A program made the translations under genes and the position numbers. Below are positions 12,066-26,080 of a stretch of 64,000 bases of DNA, one piece after another (the first letter of the stretch is position 1; each line of letters starts with the position of its first letter). The stretch comes from Octopus bimaculoides (taxonomy: Eukaryota). The DNA lies in the NCBI RefSeq assembly GCF_001194135.2, contig NC_068992.1, positions 57,090,461 through 57,154,460 on the forward strand, in the 5' to 3' direction. The notes below the pieces were generated by a model. The model saw only the letters and a program-made list of their open reading frames with translations. It had not been told where the DNA came from and searched no databases.

Positions 12066-12679
12066 GCAATTCTAAGACGCCTATGTTTGGAGAAAGAAAT
12101 AACGATTTTAGATAAATTTTTTAAAGATAAGTTTAATCAACAAAATTGCTTAAACAACTTACAACACAAACCAGCGAGGAAGCTTACGCCTACAAAATGC
12201 TTCACCTCACTAAATATTCAAAATCAGGACTATCTAACAGCATTGAATTTATTATAAGAGGCGTTTCTGTCCTAGGTCTGGAAAAGGACATAACGGTTGT
12301 AGAACATTTTTAAAGATAGAACGTAATTGGAGCGACATATTGCTGCTACTTCTAGCAAATTGAACGTCTCTTTCTCTTGTTGGCTACGTTTAGAATAAAG
12401 CAAGGACATTGTAGTATATATAAGGAGTTTCTGGAATCTACTAAATTATAAATGACAGATATGTATGTCTTTCTTAATGTTCATAACTGCTGGATTTCAT
12501 TTATTTCTCACGTCTTGTCTCTTAAAAATCAATATATTCGATTATATCGATATGTTTTTTCGTCTTGGTTATTATCTATTCGATCTATCGATCAAAGGAA
12601 ACTTGTGTCGCTCTTTCCATGGTGTTGAAGAATTTTAGATTGGTTTCTCTTCCTAAGTCAATTGCAATGAAAAAATAAC

Positions 12680-13150
12680 ATTGTAAGAAAAGAACATTAT
12701 TAAACAACATTATTAAGTATTTTATAAGAACAAAACGAAGGAAAATCAAAAAAAAAATAGTATAAAAGAAATATTATAAAAACATTATTAAACAAGATTG
12801 TATAACATCATGATAAACCATTATAAGCTCTTATATAACATTATAGAAGAAAGAAAAGCATTAAAAACTAAACGCTATAAAATAATATAATGAAACAATA
12901 TTATAAAAGCAACACTATAAGACATTATGATATAACATTATGAACCACCATGATATAAAAAAAAGGTTATAAAACAACATGAAATAATAACAATATAAAA
13001 GGACGTGTTAAAATAGCATAATAAAAAAGGATTATCAAACGAAACAAAATCTTTTATCAAATAATATCAAAATACGATTAAAAAAATAAAATGCAGAAAT
13101 ATCGTAACGGAACATTATACAGCAACATTTTAAAAAAACATTTAAAAAAA
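12680..13150. repeat. Degenerate A-rich short tandem repeat (aaacattataa-like units)
   Basis: Recurrent aacattat/aaacattataa words with strong A bias on the + strand. Confidence 0.45.
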
Positions 13151-14274
13151 ATATTGATGTTTTATACTTAAAATTCTGGATGTCTGTGTTTAATTTTTCC
13201 TCTGATCAACTCATTGGTGTTGTTATGAACAAAATTTTAGTAATTTAATCTTTGGTTTCCTTTGAAAATTCAAAGAATATCATGTTATTTGTTCCAGAAA
13301 CGGAAATGTTTTAATGGTCTCAGAACAGGTACAAAACGCAGTAAATATGATTTAATGTAAAAGAATACGAAAGCTTTATTTTATTCAGCGAGCGTAATGC
13401 GTTTAGTAAGCATGTATTAAAATACAGATTCCTACACGTTTTTTTTTTCAACATAAAGGCTGAGATTTTAAGTTGATCACTGTAGCTGATTATGTCGACA
13501 TCAGCACTTGACTGGTACTTTATTTTCTAAGCTGCAGAAGGATAAAAGACAAAGTCGATTTGTTACATAGGCACAAGACGACAGATTTTTTATTTTCTCG
13601 TTGAGTCTGGAGGAAAACGCAGTGGCCATGGCCCTTGCAAGGCTTCCAGTACCGCTGAGTTTGATGAAAAGAAGTGTTGCCGATTATGGCTTTTACAGTG
13701 ATAACTTTAAAATGTTGTGTTTGTTGTACTAATGAGTTTGGTGCTATAACAATCACCCTAATGCATTTATCGAACTCAAAAAGATAAGAGAATGTCGTAA
13801 CAATTAAAATTACACAATTAGAGAATTAGACATCATCTCTGTGTATATAATAAACCCTTCAACTTAAAAAGGCCTAAAACTCGTATCCGTATGTATACAC
13901 GTACGCATGCGCACACATATACATTTAAAAAATAGATTTCCTTAAAAGTTGAATTATTATATATAAAGTCTTCTTAAAAGGGAAATTAACATAGATGTAG
14001 AAGGAATATTTTGTGTACGCATTTTTCGTATGTATAGATTGTTTGAAGTGGTGTACAGATTTCATATATTGAGAAAAAGGTGGTAGTTAGTATTTTGGAT
14101 AATTATCTATTACCGCTTTGATCACTTTTCCGAGGCTCATCAGATGTGATTTTAACGGAAAGTTTTATGCCTTTTTATATACTTTCCTTTTTTTCTCTCA
14201 TTTTTTCTCTGATTAAACCTTCAAAAATTCACATCTCATATACGCTGGTACACATGCATACGCAGACATACACA

Positions 14275-15182
14275 ACTACGACAGAAGTAAATAGACTCGC
14301 CATAAAACATCGTTTTATGTTTTTTATAACTTGTAAGAGTTTACATTTTTTATTAGTTGACATTTTTATGTTTCAGGTTCTATATGTGACTGTTTAATCA
14401 TACCATGTACAAAATAAACCTTGGAACTGTCTGAATTTCAAAGAAGCCATAGTGTGGGTAATTCTGAAGGCGGAGATAACGTTAAAACGCAGAAATCCTT
14501 GGGATTCCGCTCCCTACAGTTAGTGGAATGATTGTTCAATTCACCAGAGAGGGGAAGGAGTCCCCATCACCTCGACCAGATCAACCATGGTCCTCTGACA
14601 GGACCCTTCTCTTTGTTAAGAGAAGTATGGAGGATAATTCTCGTTGCAAGGCCTTTGGCTTAGTAGAACAAGTTGATGTTAATTCCAGAACACCTATCAC
14701 AAACTTGGTTTTTATGGCAGAGCAGCAAGAAGGAAGCCACCACTTCTTCGACAAGCCAACATCAAGCGAAGAAAAGATTGGGACAGTGAGATGGTGGAGA
14801 GGCCACAAGCATTTTGGGACAGATTTGCTTCATTTCCTGATAGCTGTCGAATGTGGGTCTGGAGACCGTGATCAAGAATCTGATGTGAAAAGATTGCAGA
14901 CAACAATGGAACAGTGTAGCTATTCTGTGATGGTCTGGGGAGCAATTTGGAGCAATGGTTGGTCAGATTTGGTGGAGTATGAGGCAAACATAAATTCAGA
15001 TAAATATGTGTCCATATTACAGAAAGGAGTCCTTCCAATCTTCTGCAGTGGTGAAACTATTAAAGAAGACACTTTATTTATGGAAGATGGGGCTCCTTGT
15101 CACACGGCTAAAATGACCCAACATTTGTTGGATGAGAATGGCATTAGAAAGCTTCCATGGTGAAGCCAGTAACCAGATATGA
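14275..15182 (+). mobile_element. Tc1-family DNA transposon remnant (DD34E-type transposase pseudogene), 3'-truncated
   Basis: Across frameshifts: ELSEFQR, ILGIPLPTVS, GFYGRAARRKP, MWVWR, SVMVWGAIW, LFMEDGAPCHTAK, KLPW*SQ*PDM (WPSQSPDLN motif). Cut off by microsatellite and gap before the catalytic E. Left boundary approximate. Confidence 0.85.
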
Positions 15183-15198
15183 AGTGTATATATATATG

Positions 15199-15233
<35 letters not shown>

Positions 15234-16529
15234 NNNNNNNNNNNNNNNNNNNNNNNNNNNNNNNNNNNNNNNNNNNNNNNNNNNNNNNNNNNNNNNNNNN
15301 NNNNNNNNNNNNNNNNNNNNNNNNNNNNNNNNNNNNNNNNNNNNNNNNNNNNNNNNNNNNNNNNNNNNNNNNNNNNNNNNNNNNNNNNNNNNNNNNNNNN
15401 NNNNNNNNNNNNNNNNNNNNNNNNNNNNNNNNNNNNNNNNNNNNNNNNNNNNNNNNNNNNNNNNNNNNNNNNNNNNNNNNNNNNNNNNNNNNNNNNNNNN
15501 NNNNNNNNNNNNNNNNNNNNNNNNNNNNNNNNNNNNNNNNNNNNNNNNNNNNNNNNNNNNNNNNNNNNNNNNNNNNNNNNNNNNNNNNNNNNNNNNNNNN
15601 NNNNNNNNNNNNNNNNNNNNNNNNNNNNNNNNNNNNNNNNNNNNNNNNNNNNNNNNNNNNNNNNNNNNNNNNNNNNNNNNNNNNNNNNNNNNNNNNNNNN
15701 NNNNNNNNNNNNNNNNNNNNNNNNNNNNNNNNNNNNNNNNNNNNNNNNNNNNNNNNNNNNNNNNNNNNNNNNNNNNNNNNNNNNNNNNNNNNNNNNNNNN
15801 NNNNNNNNNNNNNNNNNNNNNNNNNNNNNNNNNNNNNNNNNNNNNNNNNNNNNNNNNNNNNNNNNNNNNNNNNNNNNNNNNNNNNNNNNNNNNNNNNNNN
15901 NNNNNNNNNNNNNNNNNNNNNNNNNNNNNNNNNNNNNNNNNNNNNNNNNNNNNNNNNNNNNATATATATATATATATACACGTTAATATCAAACAATGAG
16001 AATGAGTGTTCAACACTGTATTGGTGGATTGAAATTCTTTATTTATGGGTAAAGGCTACCATTGGTTTCATGTTAGTAGGTGTCCGTTAACAATTACCAA
16101 CCTTGCCAAATGGAACATCGGTACTTGTCACCATCTTAGATCAAAACGTGTGTGTGTGTGTATCGATGCCCACCTACTACACGTTATGACCGCGTTCTTG
16201 CCGATATGATAACAATAATAATAGTTACTACACTAATGTTCTCCTTTTTGCACCTCTTTAGTGTATCGATTTCAAGTTTTTATATTTTGAATTAAACATG
16301 TTAATCTTTCCCTCTACTTCACTTGTGATATTCTTGCTGACGGCGTATTTGAATGATTAATAAGAGTGTCTTGTAGCTCTGTTATGATCACTTTTTGACA
16401 GAAAATTTAAATGTCATTGATATATAGATAACTCATATGATCAAATTTATTGTGAAGAAATTCACAAGCCTTGCAGGGTTATAACAGCATTTTAATTGGT
16501 GATTATGTAGAAATCTCAAGAATGTAGAG

Positions 16530-16582
16530 AGCTGTGTGTTTATGTGTGTGTACGTGTGTGAGAGCCTGTATCCGTATCTATG

Positions 16583-16628
<46 letters not shown>

Positions 16629-16772
16629 CGTGCGTGTGCATCTGTATGTGCGAGCGTGCGTGTGCATATATACATGCATGTGTATACATCTATGCATGTA
16701 TGTATATGTATATACATAGATAGAAGGAAGATACAGATCTATATATATATACAATTACATATATACATATAA

Positions 16773-16835
<63 letters not shown>

Positions 16836-17010
16836 NNNNNNNNNNNNNNNNNNNNNNNNNNNNNNNNNNNNNNNNNATATATAAAGATAAGATGCAAATG
16901 CAAATACATCTACATATGTATTTATATTCATATGTATATACGTATGTATATGTGCATTTATATTTATATATATATTTATCTGTAGGTATATATATGTATG
17001 TATGTATGTA

Positions 17011-17046
<36 letters not shown>

Positions 17047-17095
17047 TGTATGTATGTATGTATGTATGTATGTACGAATGAAAACACATACGTAC
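16530..17095. repeat. Compound microsatellite cluster (TG)n/(TA)n/(TATG)n with gap
   Basis: Directly visible. Confidence 0.95.
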
Positions 17096-17317
17096 GTCGA
17101 TCATCTCAATATATTTCAGATACTTCCCTTCCCACTGTACTCGGCGATGAACAGGTGTAAATAGTTGGAATATAACTAATAATATTTATGACATCTGCGT
17201 CTGCAACAATGAATTAATGTGAAATATAGAAAAATAATGTCGACGATATTGTGAACGGACATTTGTAATAGATGTCTCAACAGACATTTTTCTTTCATAT
17301 GTTTATTATTATGTACG

Positions 17318-17348
<31 letters not shown>

Positions 17349-18603
17349 CATATACCAGCATATATGCAAGATAATACATACTAACATACATAGCGTGGGA
17401 TGCTAAGACACACTCACACGCATACTTACATAAATACATACACAGACATACATATATATATATACATATATACATATATATATATGTGTGTGTATATATA
17501 CATACGTATATTTGTTTATTTATTATACATGTACATATGTAGAAAATATATATATTCACGCTCACGTAGATATATGTAGGTGTGCGTCTGTGTACCTGCA
17601 AACATGTATGTATAGCAAAGCAGTTTTTGATATCTAATCACTGATTGAGAACAACGACTCACAAAATGGTCGGTGCTATGACTTTTAGTTTCAATGCATT
17701 ATACACACGAGAGAAAAAATATATATAACGCATAAAAAGCAGGAAATAGTTAGTCATTTCGGGGTGCTTCATATAGTGTATTCTTCCTAAGCTGCCAACG
17801 AATAAAAATTTTGGTTCTCTCTGACAAAGGCCGTCATTACAAGAAAGATAACCATCTACTCGCAACATGAAGTGAGATTACAGATTTGAATTTGTAGTTG
17901 TAGAATACGAGGACAATGCATAGATTTGCCATATTTAACTATATATGTATATTTTTTTGCACAATTTCATTCTTTTTAGAAAGCGTCTGCATGAAATGAC
18001 CATTAACTTAATAATTAGATATAATACAAACAGACATTTCACAATATACAGCAGTTGTTGATATCGTGATTAACAGGATAATATCATATTAATTACCTGG
18101 AAATGACAAAAAAATGGAATTGGGTTTTTTTTCCAAAATACTGACAAAGAAAAAGAATATAATTTATGGAAAGTATCGTCCCACTAGAAGAATATATAAT
18201 GATTTGCAATGTTTAATTAGAAATTATGAAGATGAATGACACATATGAATGACACATATAGATTTAAGGAGAACAGGAGGGTGTGCACAGCGACTGAACA
18301 AGAAATCCGTTTCTTGAATTCATCTCTTTCTCAATTATAAAGCAAACTAGAAAAATAAATTTCAAATACAAATCACGAAAATATCGAAAATAGTTATTTC
18401 ATGGATAATCTAGATGTCACATTATATATTCACATCATCAGACTTTGTTGAATTCAAGATTGTTAATAGTCCAGCTACACAATACAACCAGTTGTTGCTA
18501 TCACAATTAGTTGGCATGCAACTTAGACAAAAACGGACCTAGGAAGAAAGTGGTTGCCTCAGAAAAGTAATGAAATATACCTATGTATATACTTGTATAT
18601 ATA

Positions 18604-19457
18604 CAGGGTATTTCAAAGTGGTTTATATCATTTGAGATGTAAATATCACAGAATCTACATAGTCAAAGCAAATGAAAGTAAACAGGCTTAATGTTGAGCA
18701 ATATAAGATTTATTCCTCTAAATTTGAATGAGAAATTCAAAGATATACGAATTCCATGAACGATTTCACAAATGTTCAATATGCGCACCGCCTGAGACAC
18801 GGCACAGTCGGTAGTCCAGCCTCCCAAACACGCTGCAGCATGTCTTGGGTAACAGTCTCCAGTGCGGTAGTGTTTCTCTGCTCGAGTTCCTCTAGATTTA
18901 CAGGAAGACGGAGGACATAGACCAGGCCCTTCACATAGCCCCATGTTTGCACTTTCGCTTGTCATCTGACATTATAGCCTGAACAAACTGCAGCTTATAG
19001 AGTTTCATTAGCAAGCGTTTCCCAAGAACGCGCCAAACTGTCGTTTGGGGAATCTGTGTTTCCAAACTTGTTCTTCTTATGTACTTCTTGGAGTTTCGCA
19101 TGAGTTTTTGGCGAACCCGCTCGACCGTCTCTTCCGATGTTAGTGGCCGTCCAGATCCTTTTACCCTGCACAGACAGCCTTCCTCTTTGAATTTTTTGTA
19201 CCATGTCCGAATCTGCATTGCCGTTAGTGAGTTTTTAAAGAACTCTCTCATGCACGCTGCACAGTCTTGCTCGAACACCTCTTCTCTTCCAGTGAATGCC
19301 ATTTCTATACCTGAAAATATAAACATAACAAACATTAAAAATGAAATTTTTTATGTTTTTTTTTTCTGCACATGGTGTTAAAATATGAAATCATTTTAAC
19401 ACGAACTGGAAAAGTTATTAGATTGCAAAATGACATCAATTTTTTTGAAACACCTTG
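18604..19457 (-). mobile_element. Internally deleted DD37D/maT-like mariner (854 bp) with both TIRs
   Basis: TIRs CAGGGTATTTCAAAGTGGTTTATATCATTT and (rc) CAAGGTGTTTCAAAAAAATTGATGTCATTT match 22/30; TA at 18602-18603. N-terminal HTH part (WYKKFKEEGCLC..GSGRP..RVR..WRVLGKRLLMKLYKLQ) is joined directly to the C-terminus (WGYVKGLVY..MLQRVW..CRVSGGAHIEHL). Confidence 0.88.
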
Positions 19458-19795
19458 CATATATATNNNNNNNNNNNNNNNNNNNNNNNNNNNNNNNNNN
19501 NNNNNNNNNNNNNNNNNNNNNNNNNNNNNNNNNNNNNNNNNNNNNNNNNNNNNNNNNNNNNNNNNNNNNNNNNNNNNNNNNNNATATATATATATATATA
19601 TGAAAGTTTTTGCTAAAATTACCTAATACGGTTTTTAAGTATAAAGGGGATGTTTTGAAAATTATTCTTTTAAAACAAGTTATAAAATCTTTTATTAGGA
19701 TGTTTCTAACCTTTTTAGAAGACGTTTTCTTCCTGGTGTGTGTGAGCGCTTTCGATATATATCTGTGGATATATATATATATATACATATATGTT

Positions 19796-19826
<31 letters not shown>

Positions 19827-20023
19827 ATTCTCTACGTTGGTATGTATGCATGTATGTATGTTTAAATGTAAACATGCGCGTATAAATGTATATATATATA
19901 CATACACATTCACACATATCTGTTATATGTATAAATATATGTACATATATATTTATATACATTTATATATATATATAAATGTGTGTGTATTTATATATGT
20001 ATACATATATATACATGTATATG

Positions 20024-20059
<36 letters not shown>

Positions 20060-21157
20060 CAGAGGCTTTCGCGAATATTTGTCTATACATGTATGCTCTG
20101 TACGTGAATTTATTTTGAATCGACACGATTTAACACAAGTACACGTAGACATGCGCACTCAAACAAAACAGCACCCACAGTACATACTCAATATACATAG
20201 CATGCACAATATATATATATATATATCGCACAACAGCGCCTTATCCCGTCGCACAATTTTACACAGATACAAACAAATACAAAAGTCTATACATTCATCT
20301 CTTAAACATTCAATTTAAATGTACACATAATCAATCATATAAGAAGCAGGCATCAAAATATTTTTTAAATATATATGAAGAAAATCTATGACAAACAACA
20401 AGAAAAAATATACATATGCAGAGATAGTGAGACAGACAAACAAGCGGGGAGGGGGAGAGAAAACCAGGAGAGAAGAGCAAACCACTACAATGAATGTATA
20501 CACAAGACGATACCATTGCATAGCAAAACAGTTTTATCGCTCTTCTCTATTTGCTATTAGTGATTGAAATGAAAGAATTCAAAATGTTCCATTATCGTTA
20601 TTCAAACACCGCTTTGTTCGTTTGCTAAAATTCATTCGAAAACTCATAAAATATCATCTTTTTACCGAAGGTTTATTATATGTGCATGGACAGTAGCGAG
20701 CAGAAACAACAGCAACATTAAAAAAGAAAACAACATATGAAAGTTTGCTGTATGTTTCTAAGGAAGACACCTCTTAATCATGCAAAATGGTATATGCTAG
20801 CCGGCACCACCAGATAGTTGACGGAACGTGAGTTCCAGAATATCTACAATATTGTAAGATTTTTTTCGTTTCGTTATTTGTTGGCTTGCTGGATTGTTTA
20901 AGACGCCAATTTTGACAGATCGATCAAACTGGCGGCTGATTAAATAAAAGCGACGTGCTCAGCCACATGCTTTGTTAATTGTAATATATACTGAACAGGT
21001 AATCAACTGTCCATCAGAGACTGTATCTAAATATTGTGAAGCGGCTTCTCAGTTCACTAGTATCGACATTGATATAGTATTTAATTTGTAAAATCCAAGA
21101 AATTATATCTGAATTTTAAAACAACTTATTGTGTTGTTATGGGTAGTTTTCATTTCT

Positions 21158-21383
21158 TATTTCTTTATTGCCCACAAAGGGCTAAACATAGAGGGGTCAA
21201 ACAAAGACGGACAAAGGGATTAAATCGATTACATCGATCCCAGTGTGTAACTGGTTCTTAATTTATCGACCCCGAAAGGATGAAAAGCAAAGTTGACTTC
21301 GGCGGAATTTGAACTCAGAACGTAACAGCCGATGAAATTCCACTAAGCATTTCGCCCGGCGTGCTAACGTTTCTGCCAGCTCG
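21158..21383 (-). mobile_element. SINE family A, near full length, tail type 1
   Basis: Reverse complement aligns end to end with 2915-3148 including the tail. Confidence 0.88.
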
Positions 21384-22502
21384 ACTTTTTTCATTTCTAT
21401 TATATTTTTCATTTAACTATAAATGTTTGTCTTGTTCTAATTTAACTATTAATGTTCTCTATGGTTTTAAATTTAGTACTTTAGTGTTTTGTTGTATTAT
21501 TCTAAATATACTGACGAATAGATAAATTCTTAATANNNNNNNNNNNNNNNNNNNNNNNNNNNNNNNNNNNNNNNNNNNNNNNNNNNNNNNNNNNNNNNNN
21601 NNNNNNNNNNNNNNNNNNNNNNNNNNNNNNNNNNNNNNNNNNNNNNNNNNNNNNNNNNNNNNNNNNNNNNNNNNNNNNNNNNNNNNNNNNNNNNNNNNNN
21701 NNNNNNNNNNNNNNNNNNNNNNNNNNNNNNNNNNNNNNNNNNNNNNNNNNNNNNNNNNNNNNNNNNNNNNNNNNNNNNNNNNNNNNNNNNNNNNNNNNNN
21801 NNNNNNNNNNNNNNNNNNNNNNNNNNNNNNNNNNNNNNNNNNNNNNNNNNNNNNNNNNNNNNNNNNNNNNNNNNNNNNNNNNNNNNNNNNNNNNNNNNNN
21901 NNNNNNNNNNNNNNNNNNNNNNNNNNNNNNNNNNNNNNNNNNNNNNNNNNNNNNNNNNNNNNNNNNNNNNNNNNNNNNNNNNNNNNNNNNNNNNNNNNNN
22001 NNNNNNNNNNNNNNNNNNNNNNNNNNNNNNNNNNNNNNNNNNNNNNNNNNNNNNNNNNNNNNNNNNNNNNNNNNNNNNNNNNNNNNNNNNNNNNNNNNNN
22101 NNNNNNNNNNNNNNNNNNNNNNNNNNNNNNNNNNNNNNNNNNNNNNNNNNNNNNNNNNNNNNNNNNNNNNNNNNNNNNNNNNNNNNNNNNNNNNNNNNNN
22201 NNNNNNNNNNNNNNNNNNNNNNNNNNNNNNNNNNNNNNNNNNNNNNNNNNNNNNNNNNNNNNNNNNNNNNNNNNNNNNNNNNNNNNNNNNNNNNNNNNNN
22301 NNNNNNNNNNNNNNNNNNNNNNNNNNNNNNNNNNNNNNNNNNNNNNNNNNNNNNNNNNNNNNNNNNNNNNNNNNNNNNNNNNNNNNNNNNNNNNNNNNNN
22401 NNNNNNNNNNNNNNNNNNNNNNNNNNNNNNNNNNNNNNNNNNNNNNNNNNNNNNNNNNNNNNNNNNNNNNNNNNNNNNNNNNNNNNNNNNNNNNNNNNNN
22501 NN

Positions 22503-22660
22503 CCGATTCATTACGCAATATTTTAATAAGGAAAAACAATAGGAAACTCCAGCTAAATCACAAGTATTTACTCTCATTCAACTTTTATTTCATGCCTTAG
22601 AAGTGTTCAATGTGGCCACCACCTGCAGCACGAGCAACATCAATGCGATAAGAGATGTAT
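22503..22660 (-). mobile_element. DD37D/maT-like mariner 3' terminal fragment
   Basis: Minus strand encodes RIDVARAAGGGHIEHF*, the same C-terminal motif class as 18604-19457; runs into a gap. Confidence 0.6.
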
Positions 22661-23071
22661 ATCAGTATATCATGACATATATAAATGTGTGTGTGTGTGT
22701 GTGTGTATGTGTGTGTGTAAGCGGGTGAATGAGAAAACGAAAACCAGTGGTATTCTACATATTTAGAAGGAGTTATAGCATTAACACAACGTGATCTGAG
22801 CTAGTAAACAGAGGCCTAACATCCAGAAGCAATCTTGCATTTATCTGAAATCCGTTAATCTTCTCCTGGTAGCTTATGAGATGGGTCCGTAGTATGCACC
22901 CACGAGACTTTAAACTATACGGAGCTCCATCAAATAGATAACTAAAATGCACACACACACACACACACACATATACTTATATATACATGTATATTCAGGT
23001 ATGTGGACATTCATATATAAATATTTACATATATACACATTCGTATATGAGCATATATGTATGTATGCATA

Positions 23072-23143
<72 letters not shown>

Positions 23144-23169
23144 CATAGAGGTATGACATATATACGTGA

Positions 23170-23208
<39 letters not shown>

Positions 23209-23894
23209 TATATACATATAAATTATACCTAATTATATACATACATATGCGTACGAGCATCTCTGTTATATATGTGTATGTATATATGTACATACAGACA
23301 TACATATATAAGTATGCATATATTCATGTGAGTGTGCGTGCTTGTGCGTGTCTGAAGGGAGGGTAAAAAGAGAGAGAGTAACTGAGAGAGAGAGAGAGAG
23401 AAAGGAAATGCTAGTGCTTTGCACCGATTTCGTCATCTAAAGATTTCTGTAGAAAAATATTTAATGAATCATATACTGAATCTTACACCTCTCTATAATA
23501 CATAAATAAATATGTCTATATTTAATATACGGCAAGAAAGGGCATTAACTAACGATTGAGTCTGACGTCTATCGTCTGCATTAGACGCTTAGAACAATAC
23601 ATTACACTGTTATAGGTATAATATGTTGTGACGTGCACAATTATATGCACAAATCAGTGATTGGTCAACACTGGAGAAAAGATGAAAACTGGAATAACAC
23701 GTATTACAAATGAGAAATTTAATTATGATGCTTATGTCGTTACTAATCATAGAATTTGGCCTTAGTTTTCTTCTCATGCCATGTGTTGTAATAAGTAGAA
23801 CTGTAGTTTATATAATATTGAAAGAGACTCACTTTTGTGGTTCGAATGTGGCTCATTCCAAAGACTCTTCTAAATCAATTATTATAAATCTCCA

Positions 23895-24200
23895 CAAAAT
23901 AATTCTTCAATCACTGCTAACGATATAGGTGCTTCTACTAATGTACAAAGTGTGAGGTCTTCCAATTATGTTTGGTTCTTGCCACAAGAAATTATTTCAT
24001 GAATTAATAAAATAAGGTAACTGAAAATTCTTCTCTCACTTGCTGCTAGCAGGATAGATGATTCTATTAATATTCAACGAGTGAGGTATCCCACGTAAGT
24101 TCGATGTTTGCCATAAGAAATTATTCCATGGGTCAAAATCTAACGTAGCAGAAAATTCTTCATTCTCTTGCTGCTAGTAACATTGGTGATTCTATTAATA
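23895..24200. repeat. Degenerate ~130-bp tandem repeat (about 2.5 units before a SINE insertion)
   Basis: Repeating aaaattcttc..ttgctgctag..tgattctattaat..gtgaggt..ttgcca(c/t)aagaaattatt. Confidence 0.55.
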
Positions 24201-24203
24201 CTG

Positions 24204-24395
24204 ACACTCTGTCGGTTACGACGACTAGAGCTTCAGTTGATTCGATCAACGGAACAGCTTGCTCGTGAAATTAACGTACAAGTAACTGAGCATTCCACAG
24301 ACACGCGTACATTTAACGTAGTTCTTGCTGAGATTCAACGTGACACAGAATGTGACAAGGCTTGTCCTTTGAAATACAGGTACTGCTCATACTAA
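24204..24395 (-). mobile_element. SINE-like repeat family D, 3' part
   Basis: gatcaacggaacagcttgc..gtgaaattaacgt..taacgtagtt..cgtgacacagaatgt is shared with 63138-63270; strand assignment from recall. Confidence 0.65.
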
Positions 24396-25964
24396 TTTTT
24401 GACAGCTGAGTGGATTCTACTAATATGTAAAGATTGACATGTCCCACCTAGGTACCATGTGGTGCCTTAAAGGGGTTTAGTCGAAGAAACCGACCCTGGG
24501 ACTTATTCTTTGTAAGCCTAGTAGAAATTGTCTATTTGTTTTGGGTTTGTTATGAGAATATATTTCTCTAGTATTAATTAAATATTCTAATAATAAAATT
24601 ATACTTGGTAAAATTAATTAAACTTCCTCCAAAAATATTTTCAAATAGCCAAATATGGAAATATGTCGGAAGACATATTCTGTAATTATATTTCATAATA
24701 TGAGAAAACATACTTTACACACACTTCAAATGTCTTGTTTAATGTTTAATGTATTGTTTCTGTAAAAGAAAAGCACTATAGGGCATATTAGAGAACAGAA
24801 ACTATTGTTGGTAAAATGAATAGCGAGCTCATTAAGTTTCTAACACATGATCCGACTTGCAGATGGTTTTTTTTTTTAATATTGTTATTGTTTCAACTGT
24901 CATTCGCAGGAAAGTGAGTCATTTTTTTCCATGTAAAATATTCTGTTTCGATAGCTTTGGGAAGTAAAAAATATCAGAAAATATCACAACTGATTTTTCA
25001 GTTTTTATATTTTTAATGAGTTACTAAGAAAAGAAAAGATCAATAAAGATTTTTAAATATTTGCTGGAGAGGTGTAATAAAGTAGAAATATTTCTTGAGT
25101 TGTCTCCCGTATTGCCGAAATTATTTTAAAAAATATTAGCCATTGAGCTAATGTTGTTTCCTCGGCACATAATTATTTCAGTATTATCTTATTGATACTC
25201 ATTACATTAATTATATTAAAATTAATTTCATTATCGTAAACTATTTGCTGTTTCTGATATCTTGCTACAGTTTATTGCAAATGAAGACGTACAATTGACG
25301 CCTACAGACGACATTTTTCTTTTTCTGTTAATCGTTTCTAAACCTCTTTAAAATATTATCTCACAATTTTTTTATCGCTTTTTCCTTCTATACCTACACA
25401 ATAACAAAATAAATTTTAAAAATTAAATCTCTTGAATATTTTAGAATTACCAAATATTAAGCACAGTCGTATTCAGAGTAAATATACATTGTGCTTACAC
25501 AGAAAATTAAAACTCAAATCCGTTGATTTCTAAAGATTAATCGTTTTGTCATTCTGTGTAGGTGAGGTTTGTATGTGTGAATGTGATAATGTGAAATGAA
25601 TTAAAGTAATTCAACGATAAAATGTTGAAAAGCTACTTTAGGAAAATACAGCCGAAATCTTCGTTCTAATGCTGAATAATGTTCTTTCTTGTTATAGTTT
25701 CTGTTATATTGATTGGCATGTAAAACTAGACACCACTTAATCAGCTGTTAATGGAAACTCTCACAACGTATTGTTGGGGAAATCAACACTTTATCGTAAT
25801 GCTTAACTACATTATCGACTCTTTTTCTATATAAAAATAATGAAACACAAAAACCCAGATAACAGTAGCATGTCTGTGATATCATTGAAACTTTTTTCGA
25901 TTCTACGATTCCATTTAGCTAAGCGAGAATTATTTTAGATAACCTGCTTTATCTAAAAGTATTC

Positions 25965-26080
25965 ACTCTCTCTCTCTCTCTATCCTTCTTGGTATTTCTC
26001 TCACTGACTTTCTCTCTCTCTCTCTCTCTCCCTTTCACTCCCTCTCTCTCCTTCACTCGCTCTCTCCCCACTCTCTCTGA
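25965..26080. repeat. (CT)n polypyrimidine tract
   Basis: Directly visible. Confidence 0.9.

Noticed and set aside
14528-15163. 211-aa ORF as an active transposase
   Set aside because: The middle of the ORF is out of the Tc1 frame, WPSQSPD contains two stops and the catalytic E is missing; recorded as a remnant.
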